Assembly: GCA_965204745.1 (NCBI GenBank)
Contig: OZ242010.1
Location: 3,488,001-3,552,000, forward strand
Direction of reading: 5' to 3'
Source of the DNA: Candidatus Latescibacterota bacterium
Lineage (GTDB): Bacteria; Latescibacterota; UBA2968
DNA length: 64,000 nt
This document shows, one piece after another, positions 29,301 through 37,916 of this stretch. The notes under the pieces are model-generated. The model had not been told where the DNA came from. It did not search any database and was given only the letters and a program-made list of their open reading frames with translations. Position 1 is the stretch's first letter; each line of letters opens with the position of its first letter. The translations under genes and the position numbers were made by a program.

Positions 29301-32300
29301 CAGGGTAGGCGGTCTGGTGGGGCAGTTGGGCATTTCTCCTAGTTCGGTTAGTACCAGCTATGCCACGGGGACGGTCACTGGGCGCTACCATGACTCCAGC
29401 CAACTAGGCGGATTGATCGGGCATGCACAAGCCGGAGTGTCCCATAGTTACTGGGATAAGGAAAGTAGCGGTCGCTCATCCAGTGCTCGCGGCACGGGCC
29501 AGACCACCAGCGCGTTGCGGTCGGAAACGGATTACAACGGCATCTACGCCAACTGGAATGTGGATGTCGATGGCAGGCCTGGCAATGACGCTCCGTGGAC
29601 CTTTGGCGCGGCGGATCAGTATCCCGTGTTGAAATATGCCGGCATGGACACCACCGCACAATTTGCAATGCAACCGCCGGGCATTCCGACAAGTGTGACC
29701 GTGACGGTGCAAGCGGACACCTTGGACGTGCGTTGGCGTGCGCCGAGTAATGCGACGGGGTACAAGGTGCAGTGGAAATCCGGCGCGCAGAACTACGACA
29801 CCTCGCGTCAGACGACCGTCACGGGGACGCGCTACAAGATCGCCAACTTGATCGGCGGGACGACTTACACAGTGCGGGTCATTGCCACCAAGGCCGGTGT
29901 CCGCGATGGCCGGCCCTCGGCCGAGCAGACCGGCGTTCCCCTGCTGGGCATTCCGACTGTGATGATGGTGGCAGCGAAGGTGGACACGCTGACCGTGACT
30001 TGGAATGCGGTGAACGGGGCGACCAGCTACAAAGTGCAGTGGAAATCCGGGTCAGAGACTTATCCCGCCGCCGATGAGGAGTCCGCCACGCACGGGCAAG
30101 CCACTATCGCTGGCGGGAGCACCACGATCCACAAAATTTCTGGGCTGACCCCAGGGACGACCTACGCGATTCGCGTCATCGCCACGCGTACCAATGTAGC
30201 CGACAGTGCCCCTTCGGAGGAAGTGATCACCCTTCTCACGCTGGGTAGCCCAACGGGTGTGGAGGTGAGTGCGAAGGTGGACACGCTGACCGTGACTTGG
30301 AATGCGGTGCCCCTCGCAACCGGGTATAAGGTGCAGTGGAAATCCGGGGCACAGACTTATCCCACCTCCGATCTGGCGTTGGCCACGCATGGGCAAGCCA
30401 CCATCGCAGGCGGGAACACCACGATCCACAAAATTTCTGGGCTGACCACAGGGACGACTTACGCGATTCGCGTCATCGCCACGCACACCACAACGGCCGG
30501 CAACAGTGCCCCTTCGGAGGAAGTCATGGTGACCTCGGCGACCACCAGGCCCACCAATGTGCGCGTGACGCCGGGGCCGGCCCAACTCATTGTGGCTTGG
30601 ACCGAGGCAACCGGCGCGACGGGCTACAAGGTGCAGTGGAAGTCCGGTGGACAAAGCTACAACACATCTGATCGCCAGGCGACGGTCTCTGGGATGAGCA
30701 CCACGACCTACACGATAGAGAACCTGACTTTTGGCGCGACCTACACGGTGCGCGTCACTGCTACCCTGGCAGGTGGGACCGATAGCGATCCCTCGGACGA
30801 AGTCATGGGCACGCCCCAAGCGATCAATTACGACAGCGATGGCGATGGCCTCATTGACATTAAGACGCTGGCGCAACTGCATGCCATCCGCTGGGATCTC
30901 AACGGCGATGGGGTCGTCGCCGATAATGATACCACGAACTACAACGCCGCCTTTCCCAACCGAGACACTACCAGCAATGTCCGGATGGGTTGCCCTTCCG
31001 GAACCTGCACCGGCTACGAACTGCTCAACAACCTTGACTTTGACGAGAATGGCGACAGCGAAATCACTTCAGCAGACGCCACCTACTGGGACAGCGGCTT
31101 CGGCTGGCTACCCATCGGCACAAACGCCGCCAGATACACCGGCGATTTCAAGGGCAACGGCTACACTATCGACAACCTGACCATCAACCGACCCGCTGTC
31201 GTTGAAGTGGGATTATTCGGCAATGCCGACACCGCCTCCCGCATCGAGTCCGTCGGCGTAACCAATGCCAGTGTTGCGGGAGGCGAATATGCCGGCGCTC
31301 TGGTCGGTGCCCTGCGCGGCACAGTCGTCGCCTGCTACTCCACCGGCAACGTTTCGGTGACGACTAGGACCGCCGGCGGACTGGTCGGATGGACGCCCAA
31401 CGCGATTACCTCAAGCTACTCCACCGCATCCGTCAGCGGCCCTGAGCACGTCGGCGGACTGCTGGGAGCAAGCCAAGGCGGCACCGTAACGAACTCCTAC
31501 TCCATCGGCATGGTTACCGGCACCGGCAGTTCTCCACTCATCGGCGGGTTGATAGGCTCCGGCACGGGCGGCACCGCAAGCTACTGGGACACCCAAACCA
31601 GCGGCTGTACATCCGGCGGCAGCAACGGTTGCACAACCAGCGCCGGCGGTGGCGGCGTTACCGGACTGACGACCAGCGAGCTCATAAGCCCCACCACCTA
31701 CGGTGCCACCAGCAACGACACCTACTACGGCTGGAACGCCAACCTCGACGGACAACCCGGCAACGATGATCCGTGGACCTTTGGCACGACGAATCAGTAC
31801 CCGGTCTTGAAGTATGCCGGCATGGACACCACCGTGCAATTTCAACGCCAACCCGCGATAGTGATGTTGACACTGATGCCCTCGTCGATCTCGGAAAGCG
31901 GCGGGATGAGTACCGTGACCGCGACGCTGACACGGTCGTGGAGCACGGCGACGACGATCACGGTGCGGCCTGTGACCGGTGCTTACACGGTGGGGATGGA
32001 TTCGACGATCACCATCGCGGCAGGGCAAACCGCGAACGCGTCGGATACGGTGGTCATCACAGCGGTGGACAACACCCGAGACGAACTTAATCGCGACGTG
32101 ACCGTGTCCGTTGTATCAGCCAACGCCCAGGGCAGTGTGGTCCTCCCGACTGCAATAACGATCACCGATGATGACCCGCCGCCGAGGCTCTCGATTAGTT
32201 CGCCGAGTGCGGTTGAGGGCACTGCCCTGACGTTCACCGTTAGATTGAATGCAGAAAGCGGCAAGGAGGTGACGGTGGCGTATGCAGACGCGGGCACGGG

Positions 32301-33228
32301 CAGCGCGACTTCGGGGACCGATTACACCGCGCTTACCGCAGGAACCCTGACCTTCGCGGCGGGCACGACCAGCCAGACCATCGCTGTTTCTGTGAGCGAC
32401 GACGGGGATGATGAGCCGAACGAGACCGTGATCGTGACGCTGAGCAGTGCGACCAATGCGACCATAAGCACGGCGCAAGGCACAGGAACGATTATCGATG
32501 ACGATGGCATGCCTGCGCTGAGTATCGGTTCGCCAAGCGTGATTGAAGGCGTGACCAGCGCGACCCTGACCTTTCAGGTGTACCTACGCCCGGCGCACAC
32601 GGCACAGGTGACAGTGGCGTATGCAGACGCGGGCACGGGCACCGCGACTTCGGGGACCGATTACACCGCGCTCACCGCAGGGACCCTGACCTTCGCGGCG
32701 AGCGATACCATCCAGACCATCCCTGTTTCTGTGACCGACGACTCGGATGATGAGCCGAACGAGACCGTGATCGTGACGCTGAGCAATGCGACCAATGCGA
32801 CCATAAGCACGGCGCAAGGCACAGGGACGATTATCGATGACGAAACACCGAGTGCCAACTTGGATGTGGATGGCGATGGCCGGGTGAGATTGTTCTCGGA
32901 TATAATCCTGGTCATTCGATACGTCCTCTTCTTCCGGAACGAGGCCCTCCTCAGAGGGAACGTCATCGAGCCAACTGCCACGCGCACGACCGCTCAAGAA
33001 ATTGAACCCTACCTCGACACGTTGGTCGATCAGAACATTCTCGATGTGGATGGCGATGGCGATGTGAGGCTGTTCTCGGATATAATCCTGATCATTCGAT
33101 ATGTCCTCTTCTTCCGGAACGAGGCCCTCGTCAGAGGGAACGTCATCGAGCCAACTGCCACACGCACGACCGCTCAAGAAATTGAACCCTACATCCGAAG
33201 CCTCTATCCCGACTCCCACTTCCAATGA
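23371..33228 (+). CDS. Giant secreted adhesin-like protein (~3285 aa): signal peptide, cadherin-like domain, 4 GLUG beta-helix modules, 13 FN3 repeats, Calx-beta domains, duplicated dockerin-like C-terminus
   Basis: MVRFIFRF...APATA signal; repeated VGGLVG motifs; 13 YKVQWK FN3 motifs; VTVAYAD...GTLTFAAG...DDGDDEPNETV Calx-beta; 2x LDVDGDG...LFSDIIL.IRY. Confidence 0.9.
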   Translation: MVRFIFRFLSLPTWIAVLVMPLLIAPATAQMTPSNTDTTLSALTLAPGTLLSTFASDKTTYAFAVQSGATEITVTATPTNSGATVAITPADANPASGHQVDVSTLPVSIRIVVSPATGTTTLTYTVSAGNFTDYDTDGDNLIELGAGQTGLAQLHAMRWDLNGNGFIDASATTSDTTAYNTAFSNRPPGMGCETTCIGYELTANLNFDENNDNEITVADTTYWNSGAGWAPIGSSATKYTGTFHGNDNTISNLFIDRSAASKTGLFGYAEGNTIRNLSLVNANVTGSAETAVLVGEGNNLQLMHIRVTGRVSGFARSGGLVGRLAHGNSTITACRSEVDVTGSNISIGGLVGWSSGTITASYATGAVSGDGYVGGLVGFHGNTGNPKAIIRASYATGVVSGNSAIGGLVGANFYSSTITGSYAIGPVSANSLVGGLVGTNNNSSITHSYYDRTTSRRGDTGRGAPQTTAELQGPTGYTGIYMTNWDLNLDGQPGGDDPWTFGKTDQYPVLKYAGMDTTAQYNLQPPSIPTSVTVTIIADTLDVRWRGVSGATGYKVQWKSGTQSYDTASREATVTGTRHKIPNLTFGTTYTVRVIATKIGVRDGTPSAEQTGVRPRLGSPTVMVAAKVDTLTVTWNAANGATGYKVQWKSGSATYPTSDLALATRGQATISDGSTTTYKISGLTTGTTYTIRVIATSTNINVADSAPSEEVMVTLATTKPTNVRVTPGPVQLIVAWTEATGATGYKVQWKSGGQSYNTSSRQETVSGGSTTTYTIENLTFGTTYTVRVTATLAGGTDSNPSDEVMGTPQGIDYDGDGNGLIDIETLAQLHAIRWDLNGDGAIDASASTSDTTAYNAAFPNRDTTSNVRMGCPSGTCTGYELLNNLNFDTDGSGSVTSDDTYPNWTPIGGTYSTTFKGNNKTISNLHINRGSWDYVGLFGRVSGNISGLGLKSVNVRGRNRVGGLVGNQVGGRILGCFVTGRVEGTGDHVGGLAGRSTGNNTVIAASYANATVSGTKENVGGLVGVLDATVIASYAIGPVTGWTRVGGLVGLLGISPSSIKTSYATGTVTGSRQSSIHLGGLVGSAQSGVSHSYWDRESSGHSSSAGGTSQTTSELRSETDYDGIYANWNVDVDGRPGSDNPWTFGAADQYPVLKYAGMDTTAQFAMQPPGIPTSVTVTVQADTLDVRWRAASYATGYKVQWKAGGQNYAVSRQAITTDTRYKIANLIGGTTYTVRVIATKTGARDGMPSAEQTGVPSALSRPAVMVAADVDTLTVTWNVVNGATGYKVQWKSGSETYPNADLAAALRGQATIVGGGTTIHKISGLTAGTTYTIRVIATSTNINVADSAPSEEVTVLGIPAVMVVAKVDTLTVTWNAVDDATGYKVQWKSGSETYPNADLALATHGQATIADGGTTTYDISGLTAGTTYTVRVIATRTNISALSAEQTGDPLLGSPTGVDVSAKVDTLTVTWNVVDDATGYKVQWKSGSATYPVSDLASVTHGHATISDGGTTTYDISGLTAGTTYTVRVIATRTNVADSTPSEEVTGVPLLGSPAVMVAAKVDTLTVTWNVVDDATGYKVQWKSGSETYPAADEQSATRGQATIAGGNTTIHKISGLTAGTTYTVRVIATRTNVADSAPSEEVMVTLATTRPTNVRVTPGPGQLIVRWTEATGATGYKVQWKSGGQSYNTSSRQETVSGMSTTTYTIENLTLGTTYTVRVIAILSGGMDSTPSDEVMGTPSGINYDSDGDGLIDIKTLAQLHAIRWDLNGDGAVDASASSSDTTAYNAAFPYRDTTSNVRMGCPSGTCTGYELLNNLDFDTDGSGSVTSDDTYPNWSPIGGTYSATFKGNNKTISNLHINQGSWNDVGLFSRVSGNISGLGLKNVNVRGRERVGGLVGNQVGGRILGCFVTGRVEGTRNSVGGLAGESSGNNTVIAASYANAVVSVGHIRAGAGGLVGKLSATVIASYAIGPASGHSRVGGLVGQLGISPSSVSTSYATGTVTGRYHDSSQLGGLIGHAQAGVSHSYWDKESSGRSSSARGTGQTTSALRSETDYNGIYANWNVDVDGRPGNDAPWTFGAADQYPVLKYAGMDTTAQFAMQPPGIPTSVTVTVQADTLDVRWRAPSNATGYKVQWKSGAQNYDTSRQTTVTGTRYKIANLIGGTTYTVRVIATKAGVRDGRPSAEQTGVPLLGIPTVMMVAAKVDTLTVTWNAVNGATSYKVQWKSGSETYPAADEESATHGQATIAGGSTTIHKISGLTPGTTYAIRVIATRTNVADSAPSEEVITLLTLGSPTGVEVSAKVDTLTVTWNAVPLATGYKVQWKSGAQTYPTSDLALATHGQATIAGGNTTIHKISGLTTGTTYAIRVIATHTTTAGNSAPSEEVMVTSATTRPTNVRVTPGPAQLIVAWTEATGATGYKVQWKSGGQSYNTSDRQATVSGMSTTTYTIENLTFGATYTVRVTATLAGGTDSDPSDEVMGTPQAINYDSDGDGLIDIKTLAQLHAIRWDLNGDGVVADNDTTNYNAAFPNRDTTSNVRMGCPSGTCTGYELLNNLDFDENGDSEITSADATYWDSGFGWLPIGTNAARYTGDFKGNGYTIDNLTINRPAVVEVGLFGNADTASRIESVGVTNASVAGGEYAGALVGALRGTVVACYSTGNVSVTTRTAGGLVGWTPNAITSSYSTASVSGPEHVGGLLGASQGGTVTNSYSIGMVTGTGSSPLIGGLIGSGTGGTASYWDTQTSGCTSGGSNGCTTSAGGGGVTGLTTSELISPTTYGATSNDTYYGWNANLDGQPGNDDPWTFGTTNQYPVLKYAGMDTTVQFQRQPAIVMLTLMPSSISESGGMSTVTATLTRSWSTATTITVRPVTGAYTVGMDSTITIAAGQTANASDTVVITAVDNTRDELNRDVTVSVVSANAQGSVVLPTAITITDDDPPPRLSISSPSAVEGTALTFTVRLNAESGKEVTVAYADAGTGSATSGTDYTALTAGTLTFAAGTTSQTIAVSVSDDGDDEPNETVIVTLSSATNATISTAQGTGTIIDDDGMPALSIGSPSVIEGVTSATLTFQVYLRPAHTAQVTVAYADAGTGTATSGTDYTALTAGTLTFAASDTIQTIPVSVTDDSDDEPNETVIVTLSNATNATISTAQGTGTIIDDETPSANLDVDGDGRVRLFSDIILVIRYVLFFRNEALLRGNVIEPTATRTTAQEIEPYLDTLVDQNILDVDGDGDVRLFSDIILIIRYVLFFRNEALVRGNVIEPTATRTTAQEIEPYIRSLYPDSHFQ

Positions 33229-33419
33229 AAGCCTGTTCCCTGACCGCCACAGATGAAGATGGCGATGGCAATGTGAATTTCGCCGACTTCTTGACCTTTG
33301 CGGATAAGTTCGGATCGCGGCTCGGACAGGAGCGATATGACGCCCGGTGCGATGGCGATGGTCAAATTGACTCTGCCGATTGCTTCATCTCCGCCGCCGA
33401 CTTTGGCTCGACAGGCTGA
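33225..33419 (+). pseudogene. Degenerate double EF-hand/dockerin-like domain remnant
   Basis: DEDGDGNVNFADFLTFADKFG...YDARCDGDGQIDSADCFISAADFG; ATGA overlap with the adhesin stop; no signal peptide. Confidence 0.6.
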
Positions 33420-33455
33420 ACGACGAAGGGGTGCGAAAGGGCACGCATACGATGC

Positions 33456-33502
33456 AAAAAAAGTAAAGCCCGGGTTCCCAGTGAACTCGGGCTTTACTTT
33501 TT
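33456..33502 (+). terminator. Intrinsic terminator of adhesin locus 1
   Basis: AAAAAGTAAAGCCCGGGTTC-loop-GAACTCGGGCTTTACTTTTT. Confidence 0.85.
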
Positions 33503-33508
33503 GGAATT

Positions 33509-34084
33509 GGGACCTACCCCCTAGCCCCGTTACTCGCTACGCTTCGTTGTAGGCTACGCCTGTGCCTGCGAGGAAGAGGGAACTGTGAGCGGTTTTGCGA
33601 GGGGATTGGGACCTACCCCCTGGCCCCCTTCCTAAGAGGAAGGGGGAATGGCGAGCGGTTTTGCGAGAGATTTACGCGAGCGGTTTTTGGGGTTCATGGC
33701 GTGATCCATTCGCCCAAAGCCATCAGAACAGCCAGGGATGAAAACCTTTCAGAAAGCCATGCGCTCCCCCTTTCCTTGTAGGAAAGGGGGCCGGGGGGAT
33801 AGGTCGCTTTTTCATGGCGTGATCCATTCGCGCAAAGCCATCAAAACAGCTAGGGATCCAAACCATCAAGAAAGCCATGCGCTCCCCCTTTCCTTGTAGG
33901 CACAGGCGTAGCCTACAATGAGCGAAGCGAATAACGGGGGCCGGGGGGATAGGTCTATGGCGGTAGGGCGGTGGGCCGGTCTCGCCTCTTACCTCTTGCC
34001 TCTTACTTGGGGATAGGGCTTGCGGTAGGGCGGTGGGGGTAATCCGCGCAATCCCCTAATCCGTTTAATCCGCGATTCAGACAC
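33509..34084. repeat. Right arm of the inverted repeat flanking adhesin 1
   Basis: Reverse complement of 22717-23013 and of 61741-62156. Confidence 0.8.
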
Positions 34085-34194
34085 GACAGGGCGGGGCGGG
34101 GTTGCGAACTGATCGCTGGTTTATTATATACTTAGGACAGGCACGCACGGGCGGCGAGGCGGCGAGGTGAGGCACACATAAGGAGGAACACGCG

Positions 34195-35052
34195 ATGTTC
34201 AAAAGTTTGACCGCAGGCGCGCTCGGAGTGCGCGGGAGTGTCGAGGAATTGATCGGCTATGCCAAACGCGCTGGTTTTCAGGGAGTCGATGTCAATATCC
34301 AAGAGATCGCTTCTCTCGTCGATACGCAGGGCGCGGCGCATGTGAAAAATCTGTTTGCCGACGCCGGTTTGCGGATTGGCGCGTGGGGCTTGCCCATCGC
34401 TTGGCGCGGCGATGACGCCGAATACGACGCGGACTTGGCGCGGTTGCCCGATCTCGCCGCTACCGGGGCCGCTGTGGGCGCGACTCGGGTTGCCCAGTGG
34501 CTGCCTTCTGCGTCTGATGACCGCAAATTTGGCGACAATTTTAGGTGGCATATCCAACGCTTGAAACCGATTGCCGAAATTTTGGACGCGCACGGCTGTC
34601 GCTTGGGCCTGGAATTTATCGGGCCGCGTACCCTGCGGGTGGATAAGCCCTACGGATTTATCCATTCGATAGATGGCATGCTCGGCCTCGCCCATGCCAT
34701 TGGCACGGGCAATGTGGGCTTGTTGCTCGATTGCTGGCACTGGTACACGGGCTTGGGCACGATATCCGACCTGCTGGCACTGACCGCCGAGGATGTGGTC
34801 CACGTCCACATCAATGACGCGCCCGCGGGCGTGGATGTGGCGGATCAGATCGACAACCGCCGCGCATTGCCGGGCCAAACCGGCATCATCGATCTGGTCG
34901 GATTTTTGAAAGCATTGCAAAAAATCAGCTATGATGGCCCGGTATCGCCCGAGCCATTTAGCCAATCCGTGCGGGAAATGGCCGCGCAAGACGCGGTGCA
35001 AACCACCCACGACGCGCTGGATTCGGCGTGGAAAGCCGCCGATTTACCGTGA
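34195..35052 (+). CDS. Sugar phosphate isomerase/epimerase (xylose-isomerase-like TIM barrel)
   Basis: LGLEFIGP, LLLDCWHW, VHINDA, RALPG.TG.ID, SPEPF; AAGGAGG RBS. Confidence 0.88.
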   Translation: MFKSLTAGALGVRGSVEELIGYAKRAGFQGVDVNIQEIASLVDTQGAAHVKNLFADAGLRIGAWGLPIAWRGDDAEYDADLARLPDLAATGAAVGATRVAQWLPSASDDRKFGDNFRWHIQRLKPIAEILDAHGCRLGLEFIGPRTLRVDKPYGFIHSIDGMLGLAHAIGTGNVGLLLDCWHWYTGLGTISDLLALTAEDVVHVHINDAPAGVDVADQIDNRRALPGQTGIIDLVGFLKALQKISYDGPVSPEPFSQSVREMAAQDAVQTTHDALDSAWKAADLP

Positions 35053-35062
35053 GGGTCGGCTC

Positions 35063-36142
35063 GTGTCCCAATCCGCGATTTGGCGATCTGCTTGTCTGCT
35101 GCTCGTTCTCGGCATCGTCGTTCTAGGCATACGCTTTGAAGTCGGGTATCTCTATCAACTGGGCAAAGGGCAGATCGCGCTTCTGTGGAAAGCAAAACCC
35201 ATTGACGCGGTGCTCCAGGCGGGTACCCTGTCGCCCGATCAACGCGCGAAATTGGAACTCATCCAGGCGATCCGCGAATTTGCCCAGCGCGAAATCGGTC
35301 TGAATCCCTCGCAAAATTACACCGCGTACGTGGATATCGGACGCGGCCCCGTGTCGTGGAACCTCATTGTTTGTCCCAAAGATCGCCTCGCCCCGCTCGA
35401 ATGGTGGTATCCGATTGTGGGCAGCGTGCCCTACCGCGGGTATTTTGACCGCGCAACAGCCGAAAGCGTGCGCGACGAGTACCTCGCCGAGGGCTACGAC
35501 ACGTACTTGCGGCCCGTGGGCGCGTATAGCACGCTGGGGTGGTTTTCCGATCCGGTTATCAGTCCGATGTTGCGCTATTCCGAAGGCGATTTGGCGGATC
35601 TCATCATTCACGAGTTGACGCACGCGACCGTGTGGGTCAAAGGCGATGTGGCGTTCAACGAGGGCCTGGCGAGTTTTGTCGGCGAGGCCGGCGCCCTGAT
35701 GTGGTTGCAACGCGGCGGCGATGCCCAAGCCGTGCAACAAATGTTGGACGAGCGTGCAGACCGCGTCGTTTTCCGCAACTTCATGCAGGCCATTGCCGCC
35801 CGCCTGACAGCGCTGTATCGATCCAACGCGCCCGACAAATCCACCCTGCGCCAACGGATTTTTGACGACGCCCGCACAGAATTTCACGCCCTTCCCTTAA
35901 AAACCGACCTCTACGCTCGTTTCCCCTCGTGGGAACTCAACAATGCGCGTATGGCTCTGTACCGCGTCTATCGGGAACGCACCGCCGTATTCGCCCGCGT
36001 TCATCGCGCCTGCCAAAGCGATTTGAAAGCAACCGTCAAAATTTTGCGCGAATGTGCAGCGGCCGAGGATCCGACCGCGTGGTTGGAGGAGTGGCTACAA
36101 GCAAGAGGTAAGATCCACCCACCGCCCTGCCGTGTGCGTTAG
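35063..36142 (+). CDS. Putative zinc aminopeptidase (DUF2265-type)
   Basis: WWYPIVGSVPYRGYF, AYSTLGWFSDP, HELTH, FNEGLASFV. Confidence 0.85.
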   Translation: MSQSAIWRSACLLLVLGIVVLGIRFEVGYLYQLGKGQIALLWKAKPIDAVLQAGTLSPDQRAKLELIQAIREFAQREIGLNPSQNYTAYVDIGRGPVSWNLIVCPKDRLAPLEWWYPIVGSVPYRGYFDRATAESVRDEYLAEGYDTYLRPVGAYSTLGWFSDPVISPMLRYSEGDLADLIIHELTHATVWVKGDVAFNEGLASFVGEAGALMWLQRGGDAQAVQQMLDERADRVVFRNFMQAIAARLTALYRSNAPDKSTLRQRIFDDARTEFHALPLKTDLYARFPSWELNNARMALYRVYRERTAVFARVHRACQSDLKATVKILRECAAAEDPTAWLEEWLQARGKIHPPPCRVR

Positions 36143-36515
36143 CCCCGTCTTATATCCTGCGGTTGGAGATTGCGCGGTTACTCCCCACACCCCTACCGCC
36201 GCTTCATCGTTCCCCCGTTATGTCCTTCGCACACCCCGCCACCATCACCCGGAGGGACAGGCCCCCGTGTCTGTCCTTGACCCCAACCGAAAGCAGTGGT
36301 CAGCGGCTTTGGGAACATCGGCCGCCATCGTTCTATGTACGCACAAGCCCTCGCAACAGGCTCCTACCTTCAGGGGCCGCTACGAGGGCTTGTATCGTTT
36401 CTTCGGACAAAAAGTAAGTAATTCCAAGTCCACCCGTACTGCTGGCTTAGGTCGATAATGACAACCACTTGTCGGCGCCCTTCGCGGTATTATCGCCGCC
36501 GCGTAGATTCGTGGT

Positions 36516-36950
36516 TTACTCCACGGCCTTGACGATTTCGATTTTGACTTGGGCGACGCCCTCGTCGACCATGTCCAACTTTTTCGCCGCGCCCAACGAC
36601 AGGTCGAGGATGCGCCCGCCGACGAATGGCCCGCGGTCATTGACCTTTACGACAACGGATTTGCCATTGCCCAAGTGCGTGACCTTGATGATCGTGCCCA
36701 AGGGCAACTCGCGGTGCGCCGCGGACAAGCCGTTCATGTCAAAAATCTCGCCGCTGGCTGTCGGGCGTCCGTGATACTTATTCGCGTAAAACGAGGAGAA
36801 CCCGATCTGTTCGGCTGGCACGGGCTTGGATGCTTTGGATTGGGGTGCGGCTGTGTTTGCGATGGGTTTGGTGCGGTAGCGCGGATGCGACTTGCAACCC
36901 CATGGGCAGACGCACAGGGCGAGGCAGACGAAAAAGAAAATTTTAGGCAG
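36516..36950 (-). CDS. rlpA: RlpA-family septal lytic transglycosylase lipoprotein (start codon uncertain)
   Basis: SFYANKYHGRPTASGEIFD, AAHRELPLGT, VNDRGPF, RILDLS; hydrophobic signal ending WGC. Confidence 0.85.
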   Translation of the reverse strand: MPKIFFFVCLALCVCPWGCKSHPRYRTKPIANTAAPQSKASKPVPAEQIGFSSFYANKYHGRPTASGEIFDMNGLSAAHRELPLGTIIKVTHLGNGKSVVVKVNDRGPFVGGRILDLSLGAAKKLDMVDEGVAQVKIEIVKAVE

Positions 36951-37884
36951 GGGCTTGCATGTTGCCGATGAGGTCCGCGATGCGGTCGATTTGATGCGTC
37001 TTGCAGTAACTGGCAATGCCATTGAGAACCTCCAAAGCTGCGAAAGGATGGACAAACGTGGCGGTGCCCACCTGAATGGCGGACGCGCCCGCGATGAGAA
37101 ATTCGATGGCGTCTCGCGCCGTGGCGATGCCGCCCATGCCGATGACCGGAACAGAGACCCGGGCGGCGACCTTCCAGACCATCGCCAGGGCGACGGGTTT
37201 GATCGCAGGGCCGGACAACCCGCCCGTGATATTCCCCAAAATCGGGCGGCGCGCGTCGATGTCAATCGCCATGCCCAGCAGGGTGTTGATGAGGGCGATG
37301 CCGTCGGCGCCGCCTTCTTCCACCGCAGCGGCGATGCCGGCGATGTCTGTGACATTGGGGGTGAGTTTGACGATGATGGGCAAGTGCGAGACCGCTTTGA
37401 CCGCGCCTGTGACATTGTGGGCCGCGCGCTCGGAGCAACCAAAGAGCATGCCGCCATCTTTCATGTTGGGCGATGAGATATTGAGTTCGAGACCATCCAC
37501 GCCTTCGATGTCGTTGAAGCGGGCGGCCATGTCTGCAAATTCCCGATCCGATGTGCCCGCGATGCTGACGATGCGTGCGGTGTTGAGCGCGGCCAAGGGG
37601 GGAATTTTTTCCGCGATAAATGCGTCGATGCCCGGGTTGGTCAGGCCAATGGCGTTGAGCATGCCCGCGGGCGTTTCAGCCGTACGCGGCGGCGGATTCC
37701 CCGCTCGGGGATAACGGGTGATGGTCTTGGTCACAACGCCACCGATTTTGCCCACATCAAAGAGATCCGCGTATTCCGCACCGTGCCCAAAAGTCCCCGA
37801 CGCCATCATGACGGGATTCCTAAGCATAAGCCCTTCGGCGATTTTTGTCGAGAGATCGGGGTGTTCGATATTGTCAGTCGTCAT
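36943..37884 (-). CDS. pyrD: Dihydroorotate dehydrogenase family 1B, catalytic subunit
   Basis: NPVMMASGTFG, GMLNAIGL.NPG, ELNISSPN, KLTPNVTDI, GGLSGPAIKP. Confidence 0.93.
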   Translation of the reverse strand: MTTDNIEHPDLSTKIAEGLMLRNPVMMASGTFGHGAEYADLFDVGKIGGVVTKTITRYPRAGNPPPRTAETPAGMLNAIGLTNPGIDAFIAEKIPPLAALNTARIVSIAGTSDREFADMAARFNDIEGVDGLELNISSPNMKDGGMLFGCSERAAHNVTGAVKAVSHLPIIVKLTPNVTDIAGIAAAVEEGGADGIALINTLLGMAIDIDARRPILGNITGGLSGPAIKPVALAMVWKVAARVSVPVIGMGGIATARDAIEFLIAGASAIQVGTATFVHPFAALEVLNGIASYCKTHQIDRIADLIGNMQAPA

Positions 37885-37916
37885 ATCAACCTGTTTCCCG
37901 CAAAGCCTCCAACATA

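Noticed and set aside
23371-33228. Diversity-generating retroelement acting on the adhesin
   Set aside because: No reverse transcriptase or non-coding template repeat is in the window, and differences between copies are not adenine-specific. A remote DGR cannot be excluded.
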